Shown: positions 1 through 12,400 of the stretch, one piece after another
How the letters are laid out: each line of letters begins with the position of its first letter
How positions within the stretch are numbered: the stretch's first letter is position 1
Source of the DNA: Verrucomicrobiales bacterium
Lineage (GTDB): Bacteria; Verrucomicrobiota; Verrucomicrobiia; Verrucomicrobiales; V1-33
Direction of reading: 5' to 3'
Assembly: GCA_046155625.1 (NCBI GenBank)
Contig: JBJXFS010000112.1
Span: 46,841 to 110,840 of the forward strand
Length of the DNA: 64,000 nt
Program-made: the position numbers and the translations under genes
Notes under the pieces: generated by a model
What the model was told of the DNA's origin: nothing
The model's database searches: none
Seen by the model: only the letters and a program-made list of their open reading frames with translations

Positions 1-1
1 G

Positions 2-490
2 CCACAATCGCTCGCCCTCGGCGGCCTGAGCGCCCACACTCCCGCCTGGAACGCCCCCGCCGGATGGTCGCTCACTTCGACCCGCGCCGTGCTGCAAAGT
101 GTCGCCGGCGAATACTTCGATGTCGGCACCGGGCTGCCGTACCACCCGCAATCATACGAGCTGGCGGAAGCCGCCACTGGTCTCACCTACCGCTACGAAC
201 GCGGCGCCTCGGGTGCCTACACACTCGCGGAAATCACGACCGCCGCCGGTGACCGGCTCGTCCATTCCGATAGCGGACTTGTTTCCGTGAAATCGGGCCA
301 GCGGCTCGGGTTTACCCGGGACACCGCCGGCCGCCTGACTGCCATCACGCTGCCTGACGGCGCCCAAGTCCGCTACGCCTACACCGTGTCGGGCGGCCTG
401 CTCTCGGTAACCAAAACGGCCACCGGCGCCCGCACCCTCTACGGCTACCGCACCGAACACGACCACCTCCTCACCGCGCTCGCTCCGCCC
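2..490 (+). other. Paralog A: short N-proximal YD-like island (partial at window edge)
   Basis: YD-type beta-hairpin repeats: LTYRYERGASGAYTLAEIT, RDTAGRLTAITLPDGAQVRYAYTVSGGLLSV, TLYGYRTEHDHLLTAL. ~90% nt identity to 41101-41590 of paralog B. Confidence 0.6.
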
Positions 491-3400
491 GCGCCGGAGA
501 ATGGAACACTCATCGACTACGACAACGCCGGCCGGTTCCTCGCCGCTCATTCCGTCCCCGTTCGTCTCGGCACCGCCACCGAGTTCCTCGGCCAAGTCCG
601 CCCCGTCACCACCGCCGCCGGCTCGACCGACCGCTTCCTCTTCTTCTTAAGCCCCGGCGAACTCCACTCGTCTGTCGCCGGCCAGCTCACCCTCGGGTTC
701 CAAACGATCGGTGCCACCGAGGCCGCCATCGTCAGCGGCGCCGCCACCGCCGGTGCCACCGTGGTCGATGGCGACCGCCGGGTGCGGTTCTACACGTTCA
801 ACACCGCCGGTCCGTTCATCCTCAGCGTCCCGTCCGGCTCCTACTCACTGGAAGTCTTCGTCCCAGGCGACATCGATGGCGACCGCGACGTCGATGGCAC
901 CGACACCCTGACCACTCAAGCGGACGTCAACCGCGATAGTGCCATCAACGCCGCCGATACCGCCCTGCGCGACGCCACTTTCGGATTCATCGCCAATCGT
1001 CCGCCCGCCGTCACTCCCGCCCCCGTCACCACCATCCGCGACTTCGCGGTCAGCGTGGATTTGAGCGCCATCGCCACCGATGCCGATGGCGATGCGCTGC
1101 GTTACCTCGTCTTCGGTGCGCTCAACGGCACCGTGGCACTCACCGGAGGCACGGTCGCGATCTTCACTCCTTCGCCAGGTTTTACCGGCGCCGCCAGTTT
1201 CCAAGTGATGGCGGATGACGGCGTCATACTCTCCGCTCCCGCCACCGCATCGGTTTCCGTTTCCGCCGCCACGGTGACCCGCCTGGCTGTCACGCCCGAA
1301 GATCGCCTCATGGTCGCAGGCCGTAGCGCAACTCTGGAAGTGACCGCCACCTTCTCCGACGGCCAAACACGCGTCGTTCCCGCCTCCCTCGTCTTGTTCA
1401 CCAGCCTGCGCCCCGAGGTCGCCGCCGTCACGTCGGCCGGGTCGATCCTCGCTCTCCAAAACGGCTACGGCGTCATTACCATCCGGGCGCTCGGCCTGAC
1501 CATCGCGACCACCGTGACCGTGGGCGCCGCGGATTCGCGCAATCTCGAGTTCTTCCCGCTGTCGTACACTTTGGCGCCCGGTGAATCACGTCAGTTCATG
1601 GTGCGCGAACGCGTGCCCACCGAAGTTCGCGACCTCTCCAGCGGGCAGTCAGGCGCCCTCTACTTCGTCTCCAACCCAGCCATCGGTACCATCTCCGCCA
1701 ACGGTCGGTTCGTCGCGATCGCGCCCGGCGAGGTCGACGTGACGATCGTTCATGGAGGCCAAAGCGTCATCGTCCCAATCCTGGTGGCGGCGCCGCAGTC
1801 TGGAACCGTCACCGTCGATGAACGGGGCGCCATGCTCGCCACCGGTGACGGAATTCAGGTCGGCGTCCCACAGGGCGCGCTTACCAGCCCGAGCCACCTG
1901 TCGGTCAGTCAACTCCAAGAAACCGACTTCGACTACGGAGCGCCCTATGGATGGGCATTCGCCGGAGCGCTCGAAATCGACGGCTTCGATGGACTGACCG
2001 ATGGCATTCCCTTGAGCGTGATCATGCCGGCTCCGGCCGGCGTTCTGCCCGGAACGGTGCTGCCTCTGCTGCAACCAGTGACCGTCAACCACGCCGACGG
2101 CCGGCGCGAAAACACCTGGCTCCTCGTCGATACCTTGCTCGTGGGCAGCGATGGTTTCATGCGCACTACCTCGCCCCCTAACATGGGCCTCGGATCGCGC
2201 GCCTACGCCAGTTCGTTCGGCATTGGCATCAACTATACTCAAGGCATGCGCGCCATGGCCGCCCAGGGTAGCTTCGGGCTCACCGGACTGCTTTACGCAA
2301 GCGCTGATATCGACCAGAGCACCCGAACCTTAAGCAGTAGTAGCGTGCGGGACAAGAAGGGCAAGGCCAAGGCGGTCGCTGCACCCGGCATCGTGGATCT
2401 TGAGATCGCGGGGGGACCAGGGTTGGGAGAAACCAAAGTGTTCGCGGCCGCGAGTCCCTTCGCGGATGTGTTTGTCCCGATCGTCACCTCATTTAATATT
2501 CGGATCAATTTCCACGTCGTGGGCAACAATGGATTGATACCAGCAGGCGAGACGGACGTACTCCTGCAAGAAGACCAGGTGGGTCAGGTGCTTTCCAAGG
2601 GATTCGGTCAGGCATTCCGCTTCTCGCTCCTAGGAACACAGAACGTGCCCGCTCCAGTCCTCACGGAGATGGAGTTCAAGTTTGACGAAATCGAGGAAAC
2701 TCTGCGCCCGGTTCTTCGCTTCGAAGGCCACCATTTTCTCATGGAAAGCCCCTGGGACCTCGCACCAGAACCCGAACTTGGCAATCGGCTCGAAGATTTG
2801 CGGGTGACGTTCGAGATCGGCGGCCGCGACAGCTTCAATCCGGATGGTACGCGCTTGATCAACGGCGGCCTCGATATCGTCGCGGAGGGTGACGATCTTT
2901 TGGAGATCAATTTGCTCGATGAGACGGAATCCAGATGGGAACTGATCGTCGCGTTGCCGCCAGAGGCCAGCCTGGGCGATGCCTTCATCACCCTGACCCG
3001 TCCCAATCAGGAGCCGCTCGACGGCGTCTTTGAGCGCCGCGAGTTCACGAGCAATCCGCTTCGCATTTTGAGCAACAATCGGTACGCTTTCGCCAGCAGC
3101 GGCGGCGCGGACAGCGTTTCCGTGATCGACACGCTGGCCACCACGGGGTCGGAAAACGACGAAGACGAGGAGGAGGAGGAGGAAGAGAGCGAGGAAGAGA
3201 AGCGCCTGCGCCCGGACGAGATTGCGCGGATCACGCTGGTCCAGTCGTCGACGGAAGGTCAACTCGGGCCCGGACAGATTGCAGCCACCGCCAACGGCGC
3301 GAGAGCCTACGTGGCGCTCACCTTGGCTGGATCGATCGCGGTGATCGATGCGGTCGGCCTACAGCAGGTGGACCTCGACCCGGATACTGACGGAGTGCAA

Positions 3401-6400
3401 ACGATCCTTCTCCCCACAGGGGCGGCTCCGTTCAAGCTGGCCCTCAGCCCGGACAACACACTGCTCTATGTGACCGACAGTCTGGCCCCGATGGTCTACG
3501 TCATCGACGTCAATCCGTTTTCCAACACATATCACCAGTTGCTCGAAACCATCGCGGTGGATCCCATTGTGGCGAAGCTTGGGCTGCGCGGCATCGCGGT
3601 GACATCCGACAACCGCAAAGTCGTCGTGGCGGCTCCCGGTCGCACGCTTTTCGGGGGATACGGAAGCGATCTGGGGAATCTCGTCCTCTTTACGTCGAGG
3701 TCCGAAGTCGCCAAAGGACATGATCGTGAGTTTCAGTTCGTGACCGCTGGGCCAAACCCCTATGAAGTCATCGCGACGGAAGACCCATTGGTCGTGCTCT
3801 ACAGCGACCGGCTCAGTTCCGCGCACACCCTGGGAATTCTGCGCCTCGACGCAGAATCAGACTTGGTGGAAACGAATTACGTCGACGCCACCCAGTTCGG
3901 CATCATCCCCCGCCTCATCGAGGGCCGCGCCACTCACGTCTTTGGGTTCCGAAACGCCCAAGGCATCGCTTACCTCCCAGCCAACACCTTCGAGGATCTG
4001 CAAATCGGGGAAGACGAAGAGAAGAAACCGATTCTTTTTGGCCCTCACCCTTCTTATGCCTTCGTGACCGGCTACAAGAAGTTCGTTCAGGGGGACACGC
4101 TGACCGACGCCAATTTCGCGCCAGTATTCGCCTACAATGCCTACTATCGTGATCCGGAACTCAACAGCGTCATTGGCGTGCCGCTGGCGGCGGGCGGCAA
4201 TATCGGCGTGATCCGCAATGTGCTGGGCGATTTCACCGATTCGCTCGAGAAACCCCGCATGGTAGCGGCCACGTCGCCGATCATGAATTCGTTCCCGGAC
4301 AACATCGTGATCTCGGGAACAACGGGTATGCTCTTCGCCGCTTATCAAGGCATTAACGCCGTGATGGCCTACGACGCGCTCAGCATGATCCGAATGATCG
4401 AGGAGGCGGTCGACTCGGAGTTCCTTCCCCAGTGGTCCCAGTTTCCCGAATCTGATTCGCTCGCTTACGCTGCCATGTCCGGGTTGCTGCGCGGTCCGCT
4501 TTCGACCGTGCCCATCGATGCCCTCAACCCGCTTCTGGCGGTGCGGGCCGATGTGAGGTTTTATTCAGCGATCGTGGAGCAAATTCTGGCGGTTGATGAG
4601 ACAACCCAAGAGCCGAAATTCACAGAAGATGGCTTACGTGAAGTACAGAGTGTCACAACCTATATGGTGTACGGGATTCCGCCCACCGATCTGTTTGGCG
4701 AATCTCCCAATCTCTTTGCTCCCATCTCGCTGCCACGACTCCCCCGAGGGCTGGCGATTCAGCCGACTCTGGACCAGACTGTCGTATCCCTGGTCTCGAC
4801 TCCCTACAACCAGGCACCGACCCTTAATAGTTTCCCGACTCCTCCACTCACCGTCGAGGCCGGCAAGGATGCCGAGGTTGAGGTCCACTCCGGCGCGTAC
4901 CACACGGAACACTCGCTTGTAACCTACCAGTCACTCGGGCGAATTAACGGGTTGCAGCTCCACTACGACTCTCTGCGCGCCAATCCAATCCAGATTTTCT
5001 ACGTGGCCTTCGCGGGTCTGGAGGAAGCCACTCAGATCAAGGATCCCGACACGAAAAACGTGGTGGAAAAGGATCGTGAATCGTTGCGCGTGTTCGTGCG
5101 GCTCACGGCCCGTCTCGGCGACAGGGTCATAACGCTGCGTGGATTGGATCCGGAAACCGCGGAGGAACTCGGATTGGAAGAGGACCTGCTCCGGACCGGC
5201 TTGGATCCTGTGGCTGCCGCAAAAGTGGGATTGCAGGGGAACGAGTTGATCTTTAAGTTCCCTGAGGAATTCGTCGAGGGCGAAACCTATGGCGCCGGCA
5301 TCCCGATCGACCTCCGGGACTTGGAAGGGGAAGTCGAGCCGGGTCTGTATACATTAATCGTCGAATACGGCGTTTTCGAATTCAACGGCGCAAGGTGGCA
5401 GGGGCGGTGGATCACGGAAAATCAGCCGATCGCCGTGGCGGGGGACGACGACGGCCTATTCGGCGCCGGCTGGGGCCTCAACGGCTACTCGCGAATCATT
5501 TCCGGCGATGGCGGCGCCCTGCTGGTTGAAGGAAACGGCACGGAACAGATCTTCCTGGCTCCCAACGACCGCACCCAACCATGGACGTCGATCTCCCTCG
5601 ACTACTCAAGGCTCGTCCTCACCGAGGATGGCAAGTTCCAACGCCGGATGCTCGACGGGACGACGTACGACTACGACTTGGACGGCTATCTGGAGACCAT
5701 CACCGACCGGCATGGCAACGTCACCGAGTTCGAGCATGCCGACGGAAAATTGGTCCGAGTGATCGATCCAGTCGGGTTGGAGACGGAGTTGGAGTATACG
5801 GGAGATCATGTCACGAAGGTGATCGATCCAGCCCGGCGGAAAACCGAGTTCGAGTATGACGGCACGCGCCTGATCTCCATCACGGACCCCGATGGCACCA
5901 AACGGACATTCCACTACGAACACGAAGAACTCGAGGGTGTAATGACAGGCCAAACCTACAAGCGGGGCAACGATGACGATCCGTATCAGTCCTCGTTCCG
6001 GGAAGATCTGGTGGTTGATGACCTCGGTCGCACCCGCGGAGGAACGCGCGTCGACGGCAGGGAGTTCACCCTGGATCCGGCGCAATCCCATGCCATCGCC
6101 GACCTGGAAGAAATGTTCGAAGTATGGGAGGAGACAGTGGATCCGGAGAAAATACCAGGCACTTTCCTGGAGCGTGTCGCCTGGACCAAGGAACTTCCGG
6201 CCAACGTGCGGCCCGATCACCCGGCCTTGGAAGACTTGGAAGACATCCAAGAGGGAAAAGTCCCAGCCTTTGCCGAGGCGGTTTACAAGGACTTCCGCGG
6301 AGTGGAAATCACCTTCGAGCTCGACGCCTTCGGGTTCTTCCTCTCGTCCGAAGACAAACTCGACCGCGAAGAAGGAAAACGGCAGTTCACCACCCGTACC

Positions 6401-9400
6401 GGCAGCGGACAAATTACCGCCGTGATCGACAAGGAGGAAAATGTGGTGCGCTACGAATACGACGCCTTCGGCAATGTCATAAAAATCACCGACTACCCCG
6501 ATGGACCGGATGGGGATCCCGCCGTCCAGGAATTCCGTTACGACCACGAAAAATTCAACCAGCTCGAATACGAGAAGGACGCCGTTGGCCGGGAGAAGGC
6601 TTACACCTTAAGCGACGCCGGAGATGCCACCGAAATTGAGGTGAACTGGTCCGTTGCTGTGGAGGGATCGCCATCCAGCGTTACCAGCCGGTTCACCTAC
6701 CTGGCCAATGGGCTTCTGGAGTCGTCCACCGACGGTGAACGCCACACCACCGAGTACATGTACGATGACCTGGGACGGCTCACCGAAATCGTGCAGGCCG
6801 ACGGCTCGCGCGTCCGCTATGAGCTCGACGGCGAGCCGGGCAATATTTCCGCCATCATCGACGAGGTAGGCAATCGAGTCGAAGTCGAAAGCGACGAAAT
6901 GAACCGCATTGTGAAAATTCGGCATGTCGTCGGCGGTGTCGCATACACCTCCACGCAGGATTACGACGCTGAAGGCAACGAGGTCGAACGGATTGACCGC
7001 AACGACGTGGAGATCACCTTCGCTTTCGATGCACTTGACCGGCGGATCGAGCGCCGTGAGGACGTCGATGGGGTGAATATCGTGACGCGATTCGGCTACG
7101 AATACGATTCGCTCCCCACCCCAGGATACAGTGATGTCGTAAGCAATGACACCCATGAGTATTTTTACGAACAAGATGCTCGCGGGTTTACCATGGTCCA
7201 AGTATTTGACCACCGCGGCAATCTCATAGACGTGTATGACACACTTGGCCGGAATACCCATTTTACATACAACAAGGCGGATCAGTTGATCGAGACGCGC
7301 CGACCCGATGGAAGCGTGGTGGAACTTGAGGTCGACGGCCGCGGGCGGGTAACGCAAGAAAAAGGTCCTACGGTCGAAAGAACCGAATACAGTTACGACA
7401 AAGCCAACAACTTGATTTCCCGAACAGTGAAAAACAATTTGGGATTCCTGGCGGGCGGCGACCAGGAGACGACCTGGACATACAATCTTTTCGATCTGGT
7501 CGCCTCAGAAACCAATCCTGAAACCGTGATCAGCCGTTATTATTACAACAGCAACGGTTTAGTCACTGCCGTGTATCTGGCCGCCAGGACCAATGATGAG
7601 TTCGTTCACGAGTATACTTACGATGAGCGTGGGCGCGAGCTATCGCACTCTCGACAGGGGATCGCCACGACCCGGACCGAGTATAACTCCAATGGAACCA
7701 TTATGGCTGTGATCGATGCGATAGGCAACCGAACCGAGTATGAGTACGACGAGCTTCGGCGACCCGTGCTCGTGCGAAACCCCATGGGCGAGGAAGTTCG
7801 TTATGTGCTCGATGGCAACGGAAATGTCCTGATCGAAATCGATCCCATGGGCAACGAATGGGAATTCTCCTATGACGGACTCAATCGTCGGACGCATGCT
7901 CGAAATCCGCTGGGCGACGAAACAATCGTCGAATATGATGAGCTCGGGAACAAGGTATCATTCACTGACGCCCTGGGGCATGTCACTACGTGGGAGTACG
8001 ACGAGGCCAGCCGCCTGGAGGAGCAGGTGAACGCGGACGGGGGCAGGATGGAATTCCGCTATGACACCAACGACAACGTCATTTGGCAAATGAATGCGCG
8101 CGGATTCGTGACCGAGCAGTTTTTTGACTCTTCTGGTCGGGCCCAGTGGTCAACCGACGCGCTAGGCGGCAGGACAACTATTAGCCACGATCAGGCGGGC
8201 AATGTGACTGGGCTTTTTGGGCCCGGCGGATCAGAAGACGACTTTCATTTTGAGTTCGACAAACTCAATCGGGTGGTCCGCATGATCCAGGCACCCGATA
8301 CTCCGCTGGCCTTGGTGACGCTAACAGAATATGATGCGATGGGTCGCATGACGACCAAGGTTGAGGCGGACGGAAGTGATGAAGCCCGCCGAAGCGAATG
8401 GACGTTCGACACCCTCGGTTTTGATCGCACTCAGACAATGGCAGCTGGCACGACGGCCGAGGCTACCACAAGGTACGTTCACGGGCTTACTGGATTACTC
8501 TTGAGCGTGATCGACGCGAGAGGGGAGTACTTCAAGACGACTATGCAGTATGACAGGGCCGATCGACTTGTCCTTGTGACATTTCCGACCGGTTCACCGG
8601 ATTCCGAGGAGACATACGCGGACATCGTTTACACTTACGATCCGGCGGGCCGCAAATTGACGGAAAGCGATCCGCGGAACAGCCAGTGGTTGACCAAGTT
8701 CACTTACGACGACGCCGGTCGGTTGATCGAGGAGGAGGATGCGAAAGGATTCAGGACCGAGTACACTTACGATGAAAATGGCAATGTCGAAACCGTGACC
8801 GATGCACGGGGAGGTGCAGCGGTGACGCGCCTCGAGTACGATACGATGAATCGCAGGAACCGAGCGACCGATCCGTACGGAGACAGCGAATCCGTGGTGT
8901 ACGATCTGAATGGCAACGTTGTGCGAGCCATCGGAAAGCGGGGGGGGGTAACGTCGTGGACATTCGACGCACTCGATCGGCTGGAATCGATGATCGATGC
9001 GGAGGGGAACGAGACGCGCTACACCTATCTGGCCGGCGGCCTGCTCCATCAGGTCATCGATGCGCGCGGATTCGTCTCCACCACGACCTATGACGCGCTA
9101 GGGCGCGTTTCCACGGAGTCGCGTGAAATCGGTCCGACCGTGCTGGATGCGCCGGGCTCGGCGACGGGAACAGTGACGGCCACCTTTACGTACGATCGTT
9201 TGGGCTACCTGCGTCGGACGACCGATCCGCGCGGGGCGGAATACTGGAGCGGGATGGACTATGACGCGATGGGCCGGGTGACAGAAAAGCGCGTTAACGT
9301 GGTGGCTCCTGAGCGGGAAGCCGAAGTTTACGTGAGCCGGATTACTTATGATTTGGTGGGGAACAAGCTGACGGAATCGGACCCACGCGGCAATGCGTTC

Positions 9401-12400
9401 ACGACCGTCTGGACCTACGACGCGCGCAAATTAATGCTCACCGAAACTCGTCCTTATGGGGAAACGAACGCTCTGGCGACCTGGCGGTGGACGTATGACG
9501 CTCTGGGTAACCGGACCAGCGAGACGGACCCGCGGGGCGATTACACACGGTCGGAGTTGTCCTATGATGAAATCGGGCGGCTTATCATCAAGTCGACCGC
9601 AATGGGGGATACCACGAGCGAACCGGAGTTCGCTGTCGTCAGGTACGACCATGACGAGGTCGGCAATGTGGTCACTATTCACCATGCGAGGCCCGGATTG
9701 ACGACCGAATACGTGTATGACTTGTTGAACCGGCCCATTGAGGGTACGGACGCGGAGGGGAACGTCACACTCTGGGGTTACGACGCGGCGGGCAATGTTG
9801 AAGTCATGACCGAGCAATCAGTGTCGAATTTCACGCCTACGAGGGTCACCTTCAGTGAGTACGACCTGTTGGATCGGCAGATACGCGTGACCAATCCATT
9901 GGGACACGTGGCGGAATACGAGTACGATGAAGTAGGTAACGTTACCCTGGTTCGTGGGCCATTCGCGGACGCGGGCGGACGCGCCCACGAAGTGACGAGA
10001 ACATTTGATGCCTTGGGGCGGATGACCAGCGAACGGGATCCCGAAGGGTTCTTGACGCGATGGGCCTACGACGCGATGGGAAATGCCGTTGGAGTTCAGG
10101 ATGATCGGGGCTTCCTGACTCGCGCCTCCTTCGACAGCCTGAACCGCCGCGTGAAGTTTGAACTCCCGATCCAAGAAGGCTCGTGGCAGGCGACAGAGTT
10201 CTTCTATGATGGCGCGTCCAACCTGATTCGCGAGGTGGATGCTCGGAACGTCGCTAACGAATATGTGTACGACGCTTCCAACAAACTGCTGCAGCTTGTC
10301 CGCGCCGCCGCCACCCCGGTCGAACAGAGCGAATCGTTCGAGTATGACGCGGTGGGCAATTTGGTCCGCTGGGTGGGGCCGCGCGGTCCGCCGTGCTTCA
10401 CGACATACACTTACGACGCTCGCAATCTGGTGCTCAGCACAGAAATGGAGACCGGCGCGCCACATCTTGATAATTTTCCGTCGGTGCGGCTGACCGAGTA
10501 TCGGATTTACGATGAAGAGGGCAATTTGATCGAGACGATTGGTGCCGGAGGCGACGATTTCCGGACCTCGCTTGAATACAATGGTCTGAATCAACTCATC
10601 CGCCGGATCGACCCGGAAGGCCGCGTGACGGAATGGGATTACGATCGCTATGGAAACATGTTGTCAGAGACCGATCCGTATGGCACGACGACCCGGCGGT
10701 TCGACGCCCTGAATCGGGAGACCCTGACCATCGATGCGGAGGGGAACCGCACGCGTCAAGAGTGGACCCTCAATCACCTGGAACTGAGGGTGGTGGATGC
10801 CCGGGGCAACGACACCCTGGTGCACCTGGATTCAAAGGGACGAGTGACCTGGGAGCGCGACGCGCTTGGAGGGATCATCACGCGGAGCTACGATGCGGCG
10901 GGGAATCTGGTCAGCGAAGTCAACAAGCGCGGGGTGCTGACCACCATGGAATACGATGGGCGCAATTTGCTGACCGAGTTGGTCGAGGCCGACGGCACGC
11001 TGGAGCGGCGGCGCACGTCCTATTTCTACAATGTCGTCGGCTGGCTGCTTACGGAAACGCCGCCCCGCGGATTGGAGTTCAATCGGTTGTATGAGTACGA
11101 TGATCTGAGCCGGGTGACGGCAAGATTCGTGAAGCTTGGGGGTGACGGATCGGAGATCGTCGAGAGATTCGCCTACGATTCCGCGGGCAACCTGGTGCGG
11201 ACGATTGATGGGAGGGGCGAGCCTTATGCGACGTCCAGTGAATTCGACGGCCTCAACAGGCTCGTGAGGACTGAGGTGTTCATTGGTGATGAGGGGAGCC
11301 TGGCCCCGACGGCGGTGGAACGACGGAGCTATGACGACCAGGGGCGCCTGTCCGGGATCGTTGATGCCCTGGGTTTCGTCACGACCATGGCCTATGATCG
11401 CGTCGATCGCATGACCGAAAGGCGCAGCCAACTGGAGGACGGGAGCGAGTGGCTTGAAACATGGGCTTATGACGATGCTGTCGGGGGCTTGGTCGTCGAG
11501 TATCGCGATGCGCTCCGCACCGTCGCCTCCGTGGCGATCCACGATGCCCTCGGGCGGGAAACGAGCCGCCAGACGCGCGAACTTGGGCTCACCACGACAA
11601 CCTACGATGCCAACGGTAACCGAACCGAGGTGGTGGCCAGCGGCGTGCGCACAACCTACGAATACGACCGGCTGAATCGGATGACGGCGACGATCGATGC
11701 GGATGGCAACCGGGTGACGTACAGTTACGATGCGAACGGCAATGTCGAGAGGATCACCGATCCGCGGCCCAATGTCGGTGTGACTAGCCAACATTACGAC
11801 TCCTTCGACAGGTTGGTCCGCATCGAACAGCCGGACGGTTCGACGCAATCCCAGACGTACGACGCGCACGACAACCGGACGTCTTTTACCGACGGGGCGG
11901 GCAACGTGACTCGGTTTGATTTTGACGGCGCCGACCGGATGATCCGCGAGTCGAATGCCGTCGGAGCGCGGCAATTCACGTATGATGGAGCCGGGAACCT
12001 GGTCCAGACGATCGACCGCAATGGACGGACGATACGCTACACAGTGAGCGGCCTCGGGCTGGTCGTCCGAGAAACGTGGATCCGAGGGATCGACGAAGTG
12101 GAGAGGGAAATCGATTTCGTGTATGATGTGGCGGGCAAACTGGTGCGAGCCGATGACGGGACCGCCGTCATCACACGGACGTACACTCAGGACATTCGCC
12201 AGGCGCTGAAGCAGGAGACATCGAGCCAGCTGGGAGCGAACCGTCTGGTGGTCATCGATCACACTCGCGACGCCCGTGGGCAGACCGCCACCCTCCGATT
12301 GGAAGTCGGCGGCACGCTGATCTTCAGCGAATCCCATGGCCGTAACGCGTTGAACCGGCTGGAATTTATCGAGCAGAACGGAGGCTTGGTGGCGTCCAAA

